Source: an uncultured bacterium (lineage in GTDB: Bacteria; Acidobacteriota; HRBIN11; JAKEFK01). From it: a stretch of DNA of 64,000 nucleotides. Location: contig CAVZQN010000004.1 of assembly GCA_963777505.1 (NCBI GenBank), positions 1,408,001-1,472,000 of the forward strand, in the 5' to 3' direction. The stretch's first letter is position 1. Each line of letters starts with the position of its first letter. The position numbers and the translations under genes are program-made. The notes under the pieces are model-generated. The model was not told the origin of the DNA. It saw only the letters and a program-made list of their open reading frames with translations, and did no database searches. Below are positions 49,648 through 59,709 of the stretch, in pieces.

Positions 49648-51131
49648 ATGCCTTCGGCATTCTATTATCTTGTTCTTCCTTCCTTTGTGGTTTTGATTCT
49701 TCTGGTTTTTCACTCCATTACAAATCGCGGTAATCGTTCAACAGCAATCTTTTTTGTCTCTGCAATCGTGTATGGGCTTGTACGTGCTTTGTGGCTCGAT
49801 CATATAACCCGTGTGGAATTCGGAACTCTTTTCCCTTATCTGATGAATTTCCCAGTGCTTAAGATTGGTCCTGTTTCTTTTCAGGAAGTGATCGGCTGGA
49901 GTGTAGCTTCCACAATCGCATGGCTCGTTTCGGACAGGCTGCTGTTGCGAGTTGGATTGACACCTGCTCCACACAGGATTGCCATCGTCGGCTTCTTTGT
50001 GATGGCAGCACTGTGTCTGGCAGTTGAATCGGCTGCAATCGAATCAGGCTGGTGGGTATGGACAATCAAACAGCCGGTCAAGGGAATCTTAGGGCGTGTG
50101 CCTCTTGTTGGGCTTCTGGATTGGGGATTTGTTGCATTTGATTTTCTTCTTCCGTACCTGCTTTTTACGCAATCGGTAAGCTGGCCAAAAAGACTCATCG
50201 GTCTGTGCTTATTTCCTCTGCACTTTTATTCGCATTCAAAAGTGATCCCCTTTGATGAACCAGTTCCTCTCGCAATGAATGATATATCTCATGCTGTCAT
50301 TTTTGGTTATGTATTCATTTGTGCGATTGGTGAGAAAGGGAAATCGATTTTACCGGAGCCATCTAAAGAGCGTTTCCGATGGCTGGTTTTGATTTCGATT
50401 GTAATCGTGTGCGGCTCGACCATCCTTGCATGTTTGTTTGAAAGTGACAATCCAAAAGCGGCAATTTATTCGATTCCATTACTTGCCTTTGCATTAATCG
50501 CATACTTAATAACCGCGGAGACTCAAAGAAAAAAGAAGAAAGAGGAAGAAAGTTGGGGAGTCTTTTGGAGTCGGGTTGCAATTGGAATTGTGTGTTCTGT
50601 CTGGTGTACTGGTTGCGCGTTCCGTTTCACAGAAATACGCGTGTATTTTCGGAAGCTCTTCAAGCGGGAGTTCAAAGGCTAAATACTGGCGATTTTTCAG
50701 GCGCTGAAACTGAACTCCGCAAAGCAATTAATGCACGACCAGATCAAGCAGGTGGCAGAGCAATTCTTGCACACGTTCTCATCCAAAATGGAAATGATGC
50801 AGAAGCTCGCGCGCAATTGGAAACAGCACTTCAGCATAATGAAACACATCAAACCGCACTGATGCTTTTAACGACTCTGGATTTGAGAGAGAAAAAGTGG
50901 ACAGATGCAAAAAATCGCGCAGAAAAAGGGCATAAGCTTTATCCAAGAAGGCCGGAATTTGTATATCAATCCGTGATCGCGGAAAGAAATTTAAGAAACG
51001 AAAGCCCATCAGTTGTTTCCGAGGCTATTGAACTGGCCCGGCAGGGCGGTCCTTCTATGTTGCAATCATTGGCATCACTCGCAATGGCACTCAATGATCC
51101 GATTACGGCTCAGGCTTGTGAACAAGAATGA
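49648..51131 (+). CDS. Polytopic membrane protein (DUF422/CruF-like) probably fused to a TPR domain (frameshift near 50590)
   Basis: IGPV..Q..IGW, E..AI..GWW.W, VPL..LLDW; overlapping ORF 50553..51131 continues the last TM and then TPRs. Confidence 0.55.
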
Positions 51132-51137
51132 AAAACG

Positions 51138-51166
51138 TTGACACGATGAACTAGGACGTAAATAAT
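51138..51166 (+). promoter_or_regulatory. Sigma-70-like promoter
   Basis: TTGACA-N17-AATAAT, followed by GGAG and ATG 51195. Confidence 0.5.
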
Positions 51167-51194
51167 GAGGTGCCGATCCTGGAGAAAATCGTCA

Positions 51195-54098
51195 ATGCAT
51201 CAAGCATTCCGCATATCAGTGTTCACTCTGATTCTTCTGGCTGGATTCGGCTTCAAATCTATTGTTCAATCCGACGGAAAAAGGGACGGTCGTCGTGCAT
51301 TGCTTGAAGATCGTGATCGTTTCAAATATCTTTCTCAAGCCGCACAGAATCTGTTACAAAAAAGATTCGGACCTAAACCAGCGGGAAAAATTTCACCCCT
51401 TCGGAATCCCGAATCTCCACTGATTGCGCCAGCAAATGTTCTTGTGAACAATCCAGCTGCCGACATCTCTTCTCAGGATACTCAAAGCACAGCGGCAATT
51501 ACATTGGCTTCAGGGACGAATCTTGTAGTCGCATTTACAGATTCAGGTTCATTCACTGGAAACAACAATCACTTTTCAGGGTATTCCACTTCAGCCGATT
51601 CAGGCGAATCTTTCACGGATCGCGGAACACTTCCGGATCCAGGCGAGGGTGATTCCGGTTCACCAGTTCTTGCAAGAAATACAACGAATGGGACAATTTA
51701 TTTATCAACTCTTGGATTTCTTTCAGGCGAAATGATTCCTGTTTTTCGCTCGACCAACAATGGCGTAACTTTTAATGCGCCAATCAATGCGACGCCGGAT
51801 ATGTTGGCAAGCGGCGATTTTCTCGATAAACCATGGATGGCCGTTGATAATGGATCAGGAGCAGGACAAGGGAATGTTTATGTAGCTTGGAGACATTTTC
51901 CATTCAGCGGAAGCGGTTCAATACGATTCACAAGATCGACAGATGGCGGTTCAACATGGGGACCCAATCTGGGCACTGAAATTGTGCAGGCTACTACGGG
52001 CAGTGTTCAAGGTCCAAATGTTGTGGTTGGTTCCAATCATGATGTTTACGTGTTTTGGTTCGATCACATAACGGCGACCCGCCAAATCCGAGTTCGAAGG
52101 TCGACAGATCAGGGAAGCTCGTTCAATACTGCAGTAACTGTCACGAATCTCACAACGGCCGGAAATAACGGGAATCTCAACTTAAATGGCGGATTTACAA
52201 CAAATGCTTTCCCGCAAGCAGCGGTAAATCCCAAAACAATCATGTTTATGTGGTGTACAACGATGATGTTGCCGGAGTGGATAAGGCAAATATTTATTTG
52301 CGACGGTCGACAGATTCGGGAGCGACATGGGGAACTTCAACTCAGGTGAATGGCGACACAACAAGCAATGATCAATTTCATCCTGCGATCGCAGTGACTC
52401 CTGATGGTTCGCGAGTGCTCGTTTCCTGGTACGATCGGCGTAACGATATAGGCAATTCTAAAATCGAACGCTTCGGCAAAATTTATTCGGTCGATGGAGC
52501 AGGGAATCTTGTTTCGCTTGGTGAATTTCTTATTAGTTCCTCCAACTTTCCTGTTGCAGTCAATCAGGATCCTGAAGTTGTTCCAGGTTACATGGGTGAA
52601 TACGATCAGGCTGCAGCCGACAATATGTTCTTTTATATACCGTGGGGCGATAACCGCGATGGGAATAGTTTTCACTCAGAATCAACCCGATGTTCGATTT
52701 GCGAAAGTACCCGTAAATGGTCCTGGTTCGGTTTTGACTTTTTTCAGTTCAACGCTGGATGATTCATCGAAGGTAATAACAATGGCACTGTTGATCAGGA
52801 TGAATGTTTCAGCATCAGTGTTACTTTGCTCAATCAAGGCAATAGCACTGCTACCGGCATTACTTCTGTTTTGTCATCTTCAACACCTGGCGTAATGTTA
52901 CTCAACCCGATAGCACTTACGCGGACATTGCTGCTGGCACCACAGGCACAAATGTTCAGCCATTTGATGTGTACGACTTCTTCTGGATTTGATTGCGAAG
53001 GAACCGATATCGATTTTCTGCTCAGGGTTACTACTTCGGATGGAACATATCAGTTTCCATTTGTAGTCCGATCGGGAGGAATTGGATCTGAATTGCAATT
53101 CGATCTGAGCGCACCAGTGGAAATTCCAGATTTAGGATCAGTCGATATTCCACTGAGTAGCTTCGGGTTTTTCAGGAACACTTGGCAAAGTTCGAGCTTC
53201 AGTACAAATTCAACATACGGCCGATGCCGATCTGGATCTTTATTTGATCAGCCCCGATAACACGATCGTTGAACTTTCAACGGATAATGGGGCGTGTTCG
53301 GATAACTACGGAACGAATTGCGCGCCACAAACAAGCAGAACAACATTTGATGACGATGCTGCGAATTCGATTACGTCTCCAACTGTCAGCGCTCCATTTA
53401 CCGGAACTTTTAGACCGGAGGGACATCTTAGTGATTTCCGTGGAAAAACCGGAAGTGCTGTTAATGGAACATGGTTCCTTCGCGCAACTGATGACAGCGG
53501 AATCGATACTGGAATCGTAAATTGTTTCAGTTTATTTTTGGCGCCGGTTACTTGCGTTCCAGGAAGTGGAGCCTGCGCTCCCTCATGTTTGTTCTGTGAC
53601 AATTTTGAAGATGGCATTCTTGCGCCGAATTGGACCTACATAAAGTTATTCTGGAATGAAACTGGTGGAAATCTCATTGGGACACCTGTTAAGAAAAAAG
53701 CAATGGCGGTTGCAACACCTGCTTTTTCCGGATGTGTAAATTGTTCAGTAAAAACATCGATCATGACTTCCGGAGGTTCTGGCAATCGCATGTCACTTCT
53801 TGCATGGTTTGTGAATAATCAGAACTACGTTGAATTGATGATGAAGGAACAAAATGACAGATGGATCCTGCGACAACGTTCTGCCGGATCTGTTGTGGCA
53901 AAGAAGAATTTTCAGCAAACAATTGAACCGAATGTTAGCTATGAAGTTGAAGTGAATTACGATGGTGTCGATTTTGAAGTGATTGTCGATGGAGTATCCA
54001 TTTTTACTATGGTTCCCGGTGCCCCAGTCTTAAACGGCACAGTCGGATTCCAATCTCGTAATGGAACAGGCATGTTTGCGGAAATCGAAGTGAATTAA
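51195..54098 (+). CDS. Large secreted protein: BNR/Asp-box sialidase-like propeller, Ig-like domain, proprotein convertase P-domain, shared 170-aa C-terminal domain; about six frameshifts
   Basis: Asp boxes RSTNNGVTF, RSTDGGSTW, RSTDQGSSF, RSTDSGATW; DKPW; GEY; DLDLYLISPD..W.L...D; fragments in different frames join logically. Confidence 0.75.
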
Positions 54099-54120
54099 CC
54101 TGAATGATAAAATAAAACCT

Positions 54121-54639
54121 ATGAAACGGATCGATGAACTCCTCACCGATTACGCGGCTTATCACCAAACCCGTGGAAATGTGTTCTGCCATTTTGTTGG
54201 AATTCCGTTGATCATGTTTGGCATTTTCTCCATGTTGCAGCGTCTCCATTTTGGTTCTGTGGCAGGTATTCCTCTAACTGCTGCGGAAGTCTTAATATTT
54301 TTCGTTTCCGTTTACTACTTCACTCTTGATGTAAGAATCGCAGTTGGAATGTTCATTGCAACTGTCCTGATTGATTTTGCAGCCTTCGCTATTGGCGATT
54401 GGAAAATTGGTTTAGCTGCGTTTGTGATCGGTTGGATCTTTCAGGGTGTTGGACATGCTGCGTATGAAAAACGTTCGCCAGCATTCACAAAAAATCTACT
54501 GCACTTGCTGGTGGGGCCAATTTTTCTGGTGAATGAAGCATTTCATTTCAGGCCGGTAAAGGGACCGCAAGGGACCGCGGACGTCCCGTCTGCATCTGTC
54601 GCACTTAAGGAAGACCATCGAAGTCACGAAGCAATCTAA
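54121..54639 (+). CDS. DUF962/Mpo1-like membrane protein
   Basis: Y..YHQ...N..CH.VGIP, FQGVGH..YEKRSPA. Confidence 0.85.
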   Translation: MKRIDELLTDYAAYHQTRGNVFCHFVGIPLIMFGIFSMLQRLHFGSVAGIPLTAAEVLIFFVSVYYFTLDVRIAVGMFIATVLIDFAAFAIGDWKIGLAAFVIGWIFQGVGHAAYEKRSPAFTKNLLHLLVGPIFLVNEAFHFRPVKGPQGTADVPSASVALKEDHRSHEAI

Positions 54640-54688
54640 AGTTTATACTTCGTTGTCCTTCGTGACTTCGTGGTTACATTTAAGCTCT

Positions 54689-57433
54689 TCAATCCGATCT
54701 TTTCTCTGGCACAATCTCTAACTCAATTCGGCTTCCATTCCGGATTACAACAATCTTTGTTGCATCTCCTGCCTTCATATCCTGAAGCGCATAAGTGTAG
54801 TCATAAATGTTTTCAACTTTTTTTCCGGCGAGTTCTACAACAACATCTCCCGATTGAATACCAGCTTTTTCCGCTGGACTCGCTTCGCGAACGCCTGTGA
54901 GTTTTACACCTTTCGTTTCTTCGGAATAATCAGGAATGGTTCCAAGATAAACCCGGAAGCCGCCGGTTGCGCTGGCTCTGGAAGGAGAGGATTTTACGCG
55001 GCTGAATTTTATGGCTTCATTTTGTTTTTGTAATTCTGCCATTAAGCGATAGACATAATTTGAAACCTGATTGAGCCCTTCATAATTCAAAGTCCGTGCA
55101 TCATCCTCAGGCCGGTGATACTGTGCATGAGCTCCGGTAAAAAAGAAAAGCACCGGAATATTATTGGAGTAGAAAACCATATGATCACTTGGGCCATATC
55201 CATCATCCTGAAATGTGATTTTCAGTTTTTCTGATCCCGCATTCAAAAGCATTTCCTTCCAGGATGGTGAAGTGCCGGCACCGCCAACAACGAGTTTTCC
55301 ATCACGTAATCGTCCAACCATGTCAAGATTCAACATAGCCACAATATTCTTCAATGGAATGATTGGATTCTTTACAAAATAGCTTGAACCAAGCACACCT
55401 AATTCTTCGGCTCCAAATCCAGCAAAAAGAACGTTGTGAGTTAAAGTGTTGCGGTTTGCCGAAAGAATTCGTGCAAGTTCGAGGACAGCTGCGACTCCGG
55501 AAGCATTGTCGTCAGCGCCGTTGTGAATGTCTCCAGGTTTTTTCGCAAGCGATCCTTCGATGCCGGTACCAAGGTGATCGTAATGGGCGCCGATGATGAC
55601 GGTTTTGTCTGTTTGAGGTGGAGCTGGAAGCCAAGCCAGGACATTTTCGGATACAGCTTTCTCACGGATCAGTTGTGTTTGAAATGACAACTGAATTCCT
55701 GGAACTTCAAATGAAGCCGGTCCAGCATGCGGATTTTTCGGATCAGGAAATTGTTTTTGAGCCACCTCAAACCATCGATCGATGACGTTGCGTTTCACAT
55801 AAATCACTGAAAGTCCGGCAGTTCCCGGGTTCCTATCCAGACGCAGTTTTGGAAGTTTGTCATCGGAATCAACTACAACAAACAGCGCCGAAGCACCAGC
55901 TTCACGCGCGGTCATGGCTTTGTAACGAACAGAATAATATTGCGCAAATTGGTTTTTAGGATCGTTCCCTTCAGGTCCATAACGCAAAACGACTACCGCT
56001 TTTCCTTTTACATCCAGGTTGGAATAATCATCATGATTTAACGAGTCCGCCCGAATTCCATGTCCTGCGAAAACTACAGAAACATTATTAAACTTGCCAT
56101 CATCTGAAAAACCAGCAGGAACAAAATCCTTTTCCATATCATATTGAATCGTGCCGGTTGGAATTTGCGCCTGGAGATGATTGTTATTTCCGGCTTTAAC
56201 ACCTGAACTGAATTCGAATTCTTGAAAGTATGTGTTTGCTGCTGGAGGTGGAACTAAATCATATTGTTTGAATTCATCTGCAATATATTGGGCCGCTTTT
56301 TTCGCTTCTGTAGTTCCGGCCAGGCGTCCTTTCATTTCATCGGACGCAAGGATTTCAATATGACGCTTCAATCGAGGTGTCGATATTTCAGAATCTGAAG
56401 ATTGTATTTCTGACGGTGATTCAATCCAATCTGCAATAAAAATATTCGTTTCACCTTGAACTTTTGCGTTGCGATTTGATGCAAACACGAGCCTCTTGCC
56501 ATCAGGGCTGAACATCGGAAAGCCGTCAAAAGTTGGATTGTTCGTAATTTTGTTCAAACCAGTTCCATCGACATTGATGAGATACAAATCAAAATTACGT
56601 CCGGCCGAATCGTGTACATTAGAAGCAAAAATGATCCGTTTTCCGTCAGGATGAAAAAATGGAGCGAAGTTTGCTGCTCCGTTGTTTGTGACTTGCCGGA
56701 TATTTGTGCCATCGGCATTCATAACAAAAATTTCAAGCTTGCTTGGCCGTACAAGATGTTGTTTTAGAAGGTCACTATATTCCTTCAGTTCTTTTTCATC
56801 AGAAATTGGGTGAGCGCGATAAACAATCTGTTTAGAATCGGGTGAGAAGAATGCGCCTCCATCGTATCCTGGCGAATTTGTTAACCGGCGAATATTGGAG
56901 CCATCTGAATCCATCAAATAAAGTTCAAGGTCTCCATCGCGATCGCTTGTAAATACAATTGTTTTGCCATCGGGGCTGATTGTGGCTTCAGCATCATATC
57001 CATTTGAGGAAGCCATGGCCTGCAGTTCGCCAGAGGTTGCGGTGCTATAAATATCATACGATGGATATAGTGGCCAGACATACCCGCGGCTTCGATCAGC
57101 AGGAGGAGGGCAGGCCGGGGAAGAGACATGTGTCGATGAGTACAGAATCCGATTTCCATCGGGATAAAAATAACCGCATGTTGTTCTGCCAGTAGTGCTG
57201 ACCTGACGCAATCCTGTACCGTCAATATTCATGATGTACATCTGATCACAGGGATAACCGCTTCGAGTCGATTGAAAAATCAGCCTGTTGCCGTCACTTG
57301 AAAAATAAGCTTCGGCATTCTCTCCACCATCAGTGAGTTGCTTTATGTTTTTCAAGTTCGGTTCATCGGCGCAAAGGGGACGGAATCCTAAGACAAAAAT
57401 TATGATCCACAAAATAGTTTGTGTTTTATTCAT
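54689..57433 (-). CDS. Exported M28 peptidase with TolB-like PD40 propeller, PA and PDZ domains
   Basis: FSPDGK repeats, GAHYDHLG, GADDNASG, AEELG, NLDMVG, SDH, YHRP.D, SPAEKAG. Confidence 0.9.
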   Translation of the reverse strand: MNKTQTILWIIIFVLGFRPLCADEPNLKNIKQLTDGGENAEAYFSSDGNRLIFQSTRSGYPCDQMYIMNIDGTGLRQVSTTGRTTCGYFYPDGNRILYSSTHVSSPACPPPADRSRGYVWPLYPSYDIYSTATSGELQAMASSNGYDAEATISPDGKTIVFTSDRDGDLELYLMDSDGSNIRRLTNSPGYDGGAFFSPDSKQIVYRAHPISDEKELKEYSDLLKQHLVRPSKLEIFVMNADGTNIRQVTNNGAANFAPFFHPDGKRIIFASNVHDSAGRNFDLYLINVDGTGLNKITNNPTFDGFPMFSPDGKRLVFASNRNAKVQGETNIFIADWIESPSEIQSSDSEISTPRLKRHIEILASDEMKGRLAGTTEAKKAAQYIADEFKQYDLVPPPAANTYFQEFEFSSGVKAGNNNHLQAQIPTGTIQYDMEKDFVPAGFSDDGKFNNVSVVFAGHGIRADSLNHDDYSNLDVKGKAVVVLRYGPEGNDPKNQFAQYYSVRYKAMTAREAGASALFVVVDSDDKLPKLRLDRNPGTAGLSVIYVKRNVIDRWFEVAQKQFPDPKNPHAGPASFEVPGIQLSFQTQLIREKAVSENVLAWLPAPPQTDKTVIIGAHYDHLGTGIEGSLAKKPGDIHNGADDNASGVAAVLELARILSANRNTLTHNVLFAGFGAEELGVLGSSYFVKNPIIPLKNIVAMLNLDMVGRLRDGKLVVGGAGTSPSWKEMLLNAGSEKLKITFQDDGYGPSDHMVFYSNNIPVLFFFTGAHAQYHRPEDDARTLNYEGLNQVSNYVYRLMAELQKQNEAIKFSRVKSSPSRASATGGFRVYLGTIPDYSEETKGVKLTGVREASPAEKAGIQSGDVVVELAGKKVENIYDYTYALQDMKAGDATKIVVIRNGSRIELEIVPEKRSD

Positions 57434-57446
57434 TTTGAACTTGCGG

Positions 57447-58394
57447 TTATTGCAGCTGATTACATTTGGGGCAAATCTTTGTGTAACGAGGTAGTGGACG
57501 ACTGCAGTTCCAACAGGTCAGTGTCGGAGTCGTAGTCCTTGACAGGATCCTGTTCCGGATCTCAGTTTTTTCATTGTGATCCTGAGACGTACCAAGGAAA
57601 AACTGGATTGCCTGCGATAACTCGAAGCAGGAACCATATCTTGTGTCCAAATCCTTCGCGAATGCGCGCATCACAATATTATTAAGATCCTTGGGCACAT
57701 CTTTGTTGATCAAACGAGGCGGTGTGCATTTGCCTTCCAAAATGAGTTGTTCTATTTTTGCAGGATTCACATCGTAATACGGAACCTGACCCGTTAGCAT
57801 TTCATACAGGATGATTCCAACGGAATACACATCACTTGCATAGACCGCCTTTCCTTTGAAGTGTTCAGGAGACATATAGGGTGGAGTTCCGATAATTGTT
57901 TTCGCATAAGGAATTTTTTCAAGAATCGCTGCCACACCAAAATCTCCTACTTTCAGCAAGCCGTTTTTGGAGACAAGAATGTTTGCCGGACGTAGATCGC
58001 GATGGAGAACCTGTTGTGAATGCGCATAATCCAGCGCTTCGCAGATCTGTAATATATAGCGACATGCAATCTTGTGAGGCAATGTTTTTTCGCGTTCAAG
58101 CAGATTTTCAAGTGATTCGCCTTCTATATATTCCATCACAAAGAAAAAGAGGTCGGTTTCTTTTTCAGCTGAAAGGATTCCAATGATGTTTGGATGATTC
58201 AAGCGTGCGAGCATGCGGGGCTCTTTTAGTAAATGCTCCAGATCATAATTTTGATAATGGGGGATTTTAAGCGCTACGAGTTTATCGATCCATTGATCGC
58301 GAGCCAGATAGACAGATGCAAAACCACCGGTGCCAAGGGAATCAAGTACTTCATATTTCCCTAGTTGTTGTCCGCGGAATAGCACCTGTGCCAT
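57447..58394 (-). CDS. Soluble Hanks-type Ser/Thr kinase with C-terminal zinc ribbon
   Basis: LGTGGFASV, VALK, HRDLRPANI, DFG, YMSPE, CWNC..CPKC. Confidence 0.92.
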   Translation of the reverse strand: MAQVLFRGQQLGKYEVLDSLGTGGFASVYLARDQWIDKLVALKIPHYQNYDLEHLLKEPRMLARLNHPNIIGILSAEKETDLFFFVMEYIEGESLENLLEREKTLPHKIACRYILQICEALDYAHSQQVLHRDLRPANILVSKNGLLKVGDFGVAAILEKIPYAKTIIGTPPYMSPEHFKGKAVYASDVYSVGIILYEMLTGQVPYYDVNPAKIEQLILEGKCTPPRLINKDVPKDLNNIVMRAFAKDLDTRYGSCFELSQAIQFFLGTSQDHNEKTEIRNRILSRTTTPTLTCWNCSRPLPRYTKICPKCNQLQ

Positions 58395-58395
58395 G

Positions 58396-58989
58396 TTAAA
58401 CAGCGGACTCCAGCCGTTTTAATTCTCTTTGGGTGTAAATAATTCTGTCGATAATTGTGATGAACGATGTAATGGCCATCACCAAAAGACAGATGGGGAC
58501 ACGATCCAGGAACAACCCGATGGCTAGCAAGAATACACGCTCAGGACGTTCCATAAACCCAATTTTGCATTTCGAAATGATGCACTCCGCACGTGCGCGT
58601 GTGTAACTTGTAATCATTGCACCGGCAAATGCTGCCATTGTAAGTAAAACGCAAGGCACATTTGAAATGATTGCATAATGGAGTAAGAGTCCTGTAAAAA
58701 TCACACCATCAGCAAAACGATCCATGACAGAATCAAGAAATGCGCCAAACCGGGTAGACATCCCTCTTTTCCGCGCGAGAATTCCGTCAAGCAAATCCGT
58801 CATGCTGACAGCCAGATAAAGCCATGCACCTAAGAAGAAACGCCCTTCCATCAAAATGTACGCGACTCCCGCATTCAGGAATACTCCTGTGACAGTAAGA
58901 ATATTTGGCGTCAGCCTTAGGAATGAAAGAAAATTAGCGATTTTTCCTAGCAGGTAATCTGTAACCGGCTGGATCGCTTTTGATACCAT
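58396..58989 (-). CDS. CDP-alcohol phosphatidyltransferase
   Basis: TPN.LT, DLLDGILAR....TRFGAFLDSVMDR, SYTRARAE. Confidence 0.92.
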   Translation of the reverse strand: MVSKAIQPVTDYLLGKIANFLSFLRLTPNILTVTGVFLNAGVAYILMEGRFFLGAWLYLAVSMTDLLDGILARKRGMSTRFGAFLDSVMDRFADGVIFTGLLLHYAIISNVPCVLLTMAAFAGAMITSYTRARAECIISKCKIGFMERPERVFLLAIGLFLDRVPICLLVMAITSFITIIDRIIYTQRELKRLESAV

Positions 58990-59095
58990 AAATGGACAGC
59001 AAATTGTACCACATCGATGTGCTTTTATGCCGCCGTATGATCGTTCTATCCCAATTTAGATGAAAGTTAAGTTCGGCGCATGGAATAATTGAAAT

Positions 59096-59563
59096 ATGAA
59101 ACTCATATTGATATTACTTCCCATAGTTGTTTTCGCTTTTTCATCTTTCGCTTTTAGTGAAGATGGAAAAGACTCTCAGCTGCTGGCTCTTCATCAAAAA
59201 GCTCTAGAGGCGCACATGAAAAGTGATATTGCGATGCTGCTTGAAGACGAATCAGAGGACTATGTCGTTGTAAGTAATGGTGAAGTTTCTTCGCCTACTA
59301 AAAAAGAGCGTGAAGCGTTTCTGGGTTCGTATTTACGTGCGACACGTTTTGAATCCTACAAAGATCTGATTCCACCGATCGTTCATTTATCGCCTGATGG
59401 AAAGCTGGGATGGGTGATTGCTCAAATTTCTGCAAAAGGTGTTCAAAAGAAAGCTGACGGCACGGACGGGAAGCTCGAGTTTGTTTGTGCCTGGATTGAA
59501 CTTTACGAAAATCGCAACGGTCGATGGTTTCGAACTGGCAACGTCTCGAATTTCAAGAAGTAG
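59096..59563 (+). CDS. Exported NTF2-like (DUF4440-type) protein
   Basis: Signal peptide, AH..SD...L, terminal Y.NRNGRW strand pattern. Confidence 0.6.
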   Translation: MKLILILLPIVVFAFSSFAFSEDGKDSQLLALHQKALEAHMKSDIAMLLEDESEDYVVVSNGEVSSPTKKEREAFLGSYLRATRFESYKDLIPPIVHLSPDGKLGWVIAQISAKGVQKKADGTDGKLEFVCAWIELYENRNGRWFRTGNVSNFKK

Positions 59564-59566
59564 TTT

Positions 59567-59640
59567 GTACCGCTGGCTTCTAGCCGGTTCCTAAAAATGA
59601 ACCGCAAAGACTCAAAGTGCCGGCAAGATGCCAGCCTTAC
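59567..59640. repeat. Second REP-like inverted doublet with an embedded 18-nt repeat
   Basis: GTACCGCTGGCTTCTAGCCGG...CCGGCAAGATGCCAGCCTTAC enclosing AACCGCAAAGACTCAAAG. Confidence 0.6.
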
Positions 59641-59649
59641 AAATCGCTA

Positions 59650-59674
59650 GAACCTACTTGAAATCTTCAACGTA
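59650..59674 (+). promoter_or_regulatory. Possible ECF-sigma promoter
   Basis: GAACC-N16-CGTA upstream of the hydrolase RBS. Confidence 0.35.
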
Positions 59675-59709
59675 TTGTATTAAGACATTAATACAAGTTG
59701 GAGGTCCAC

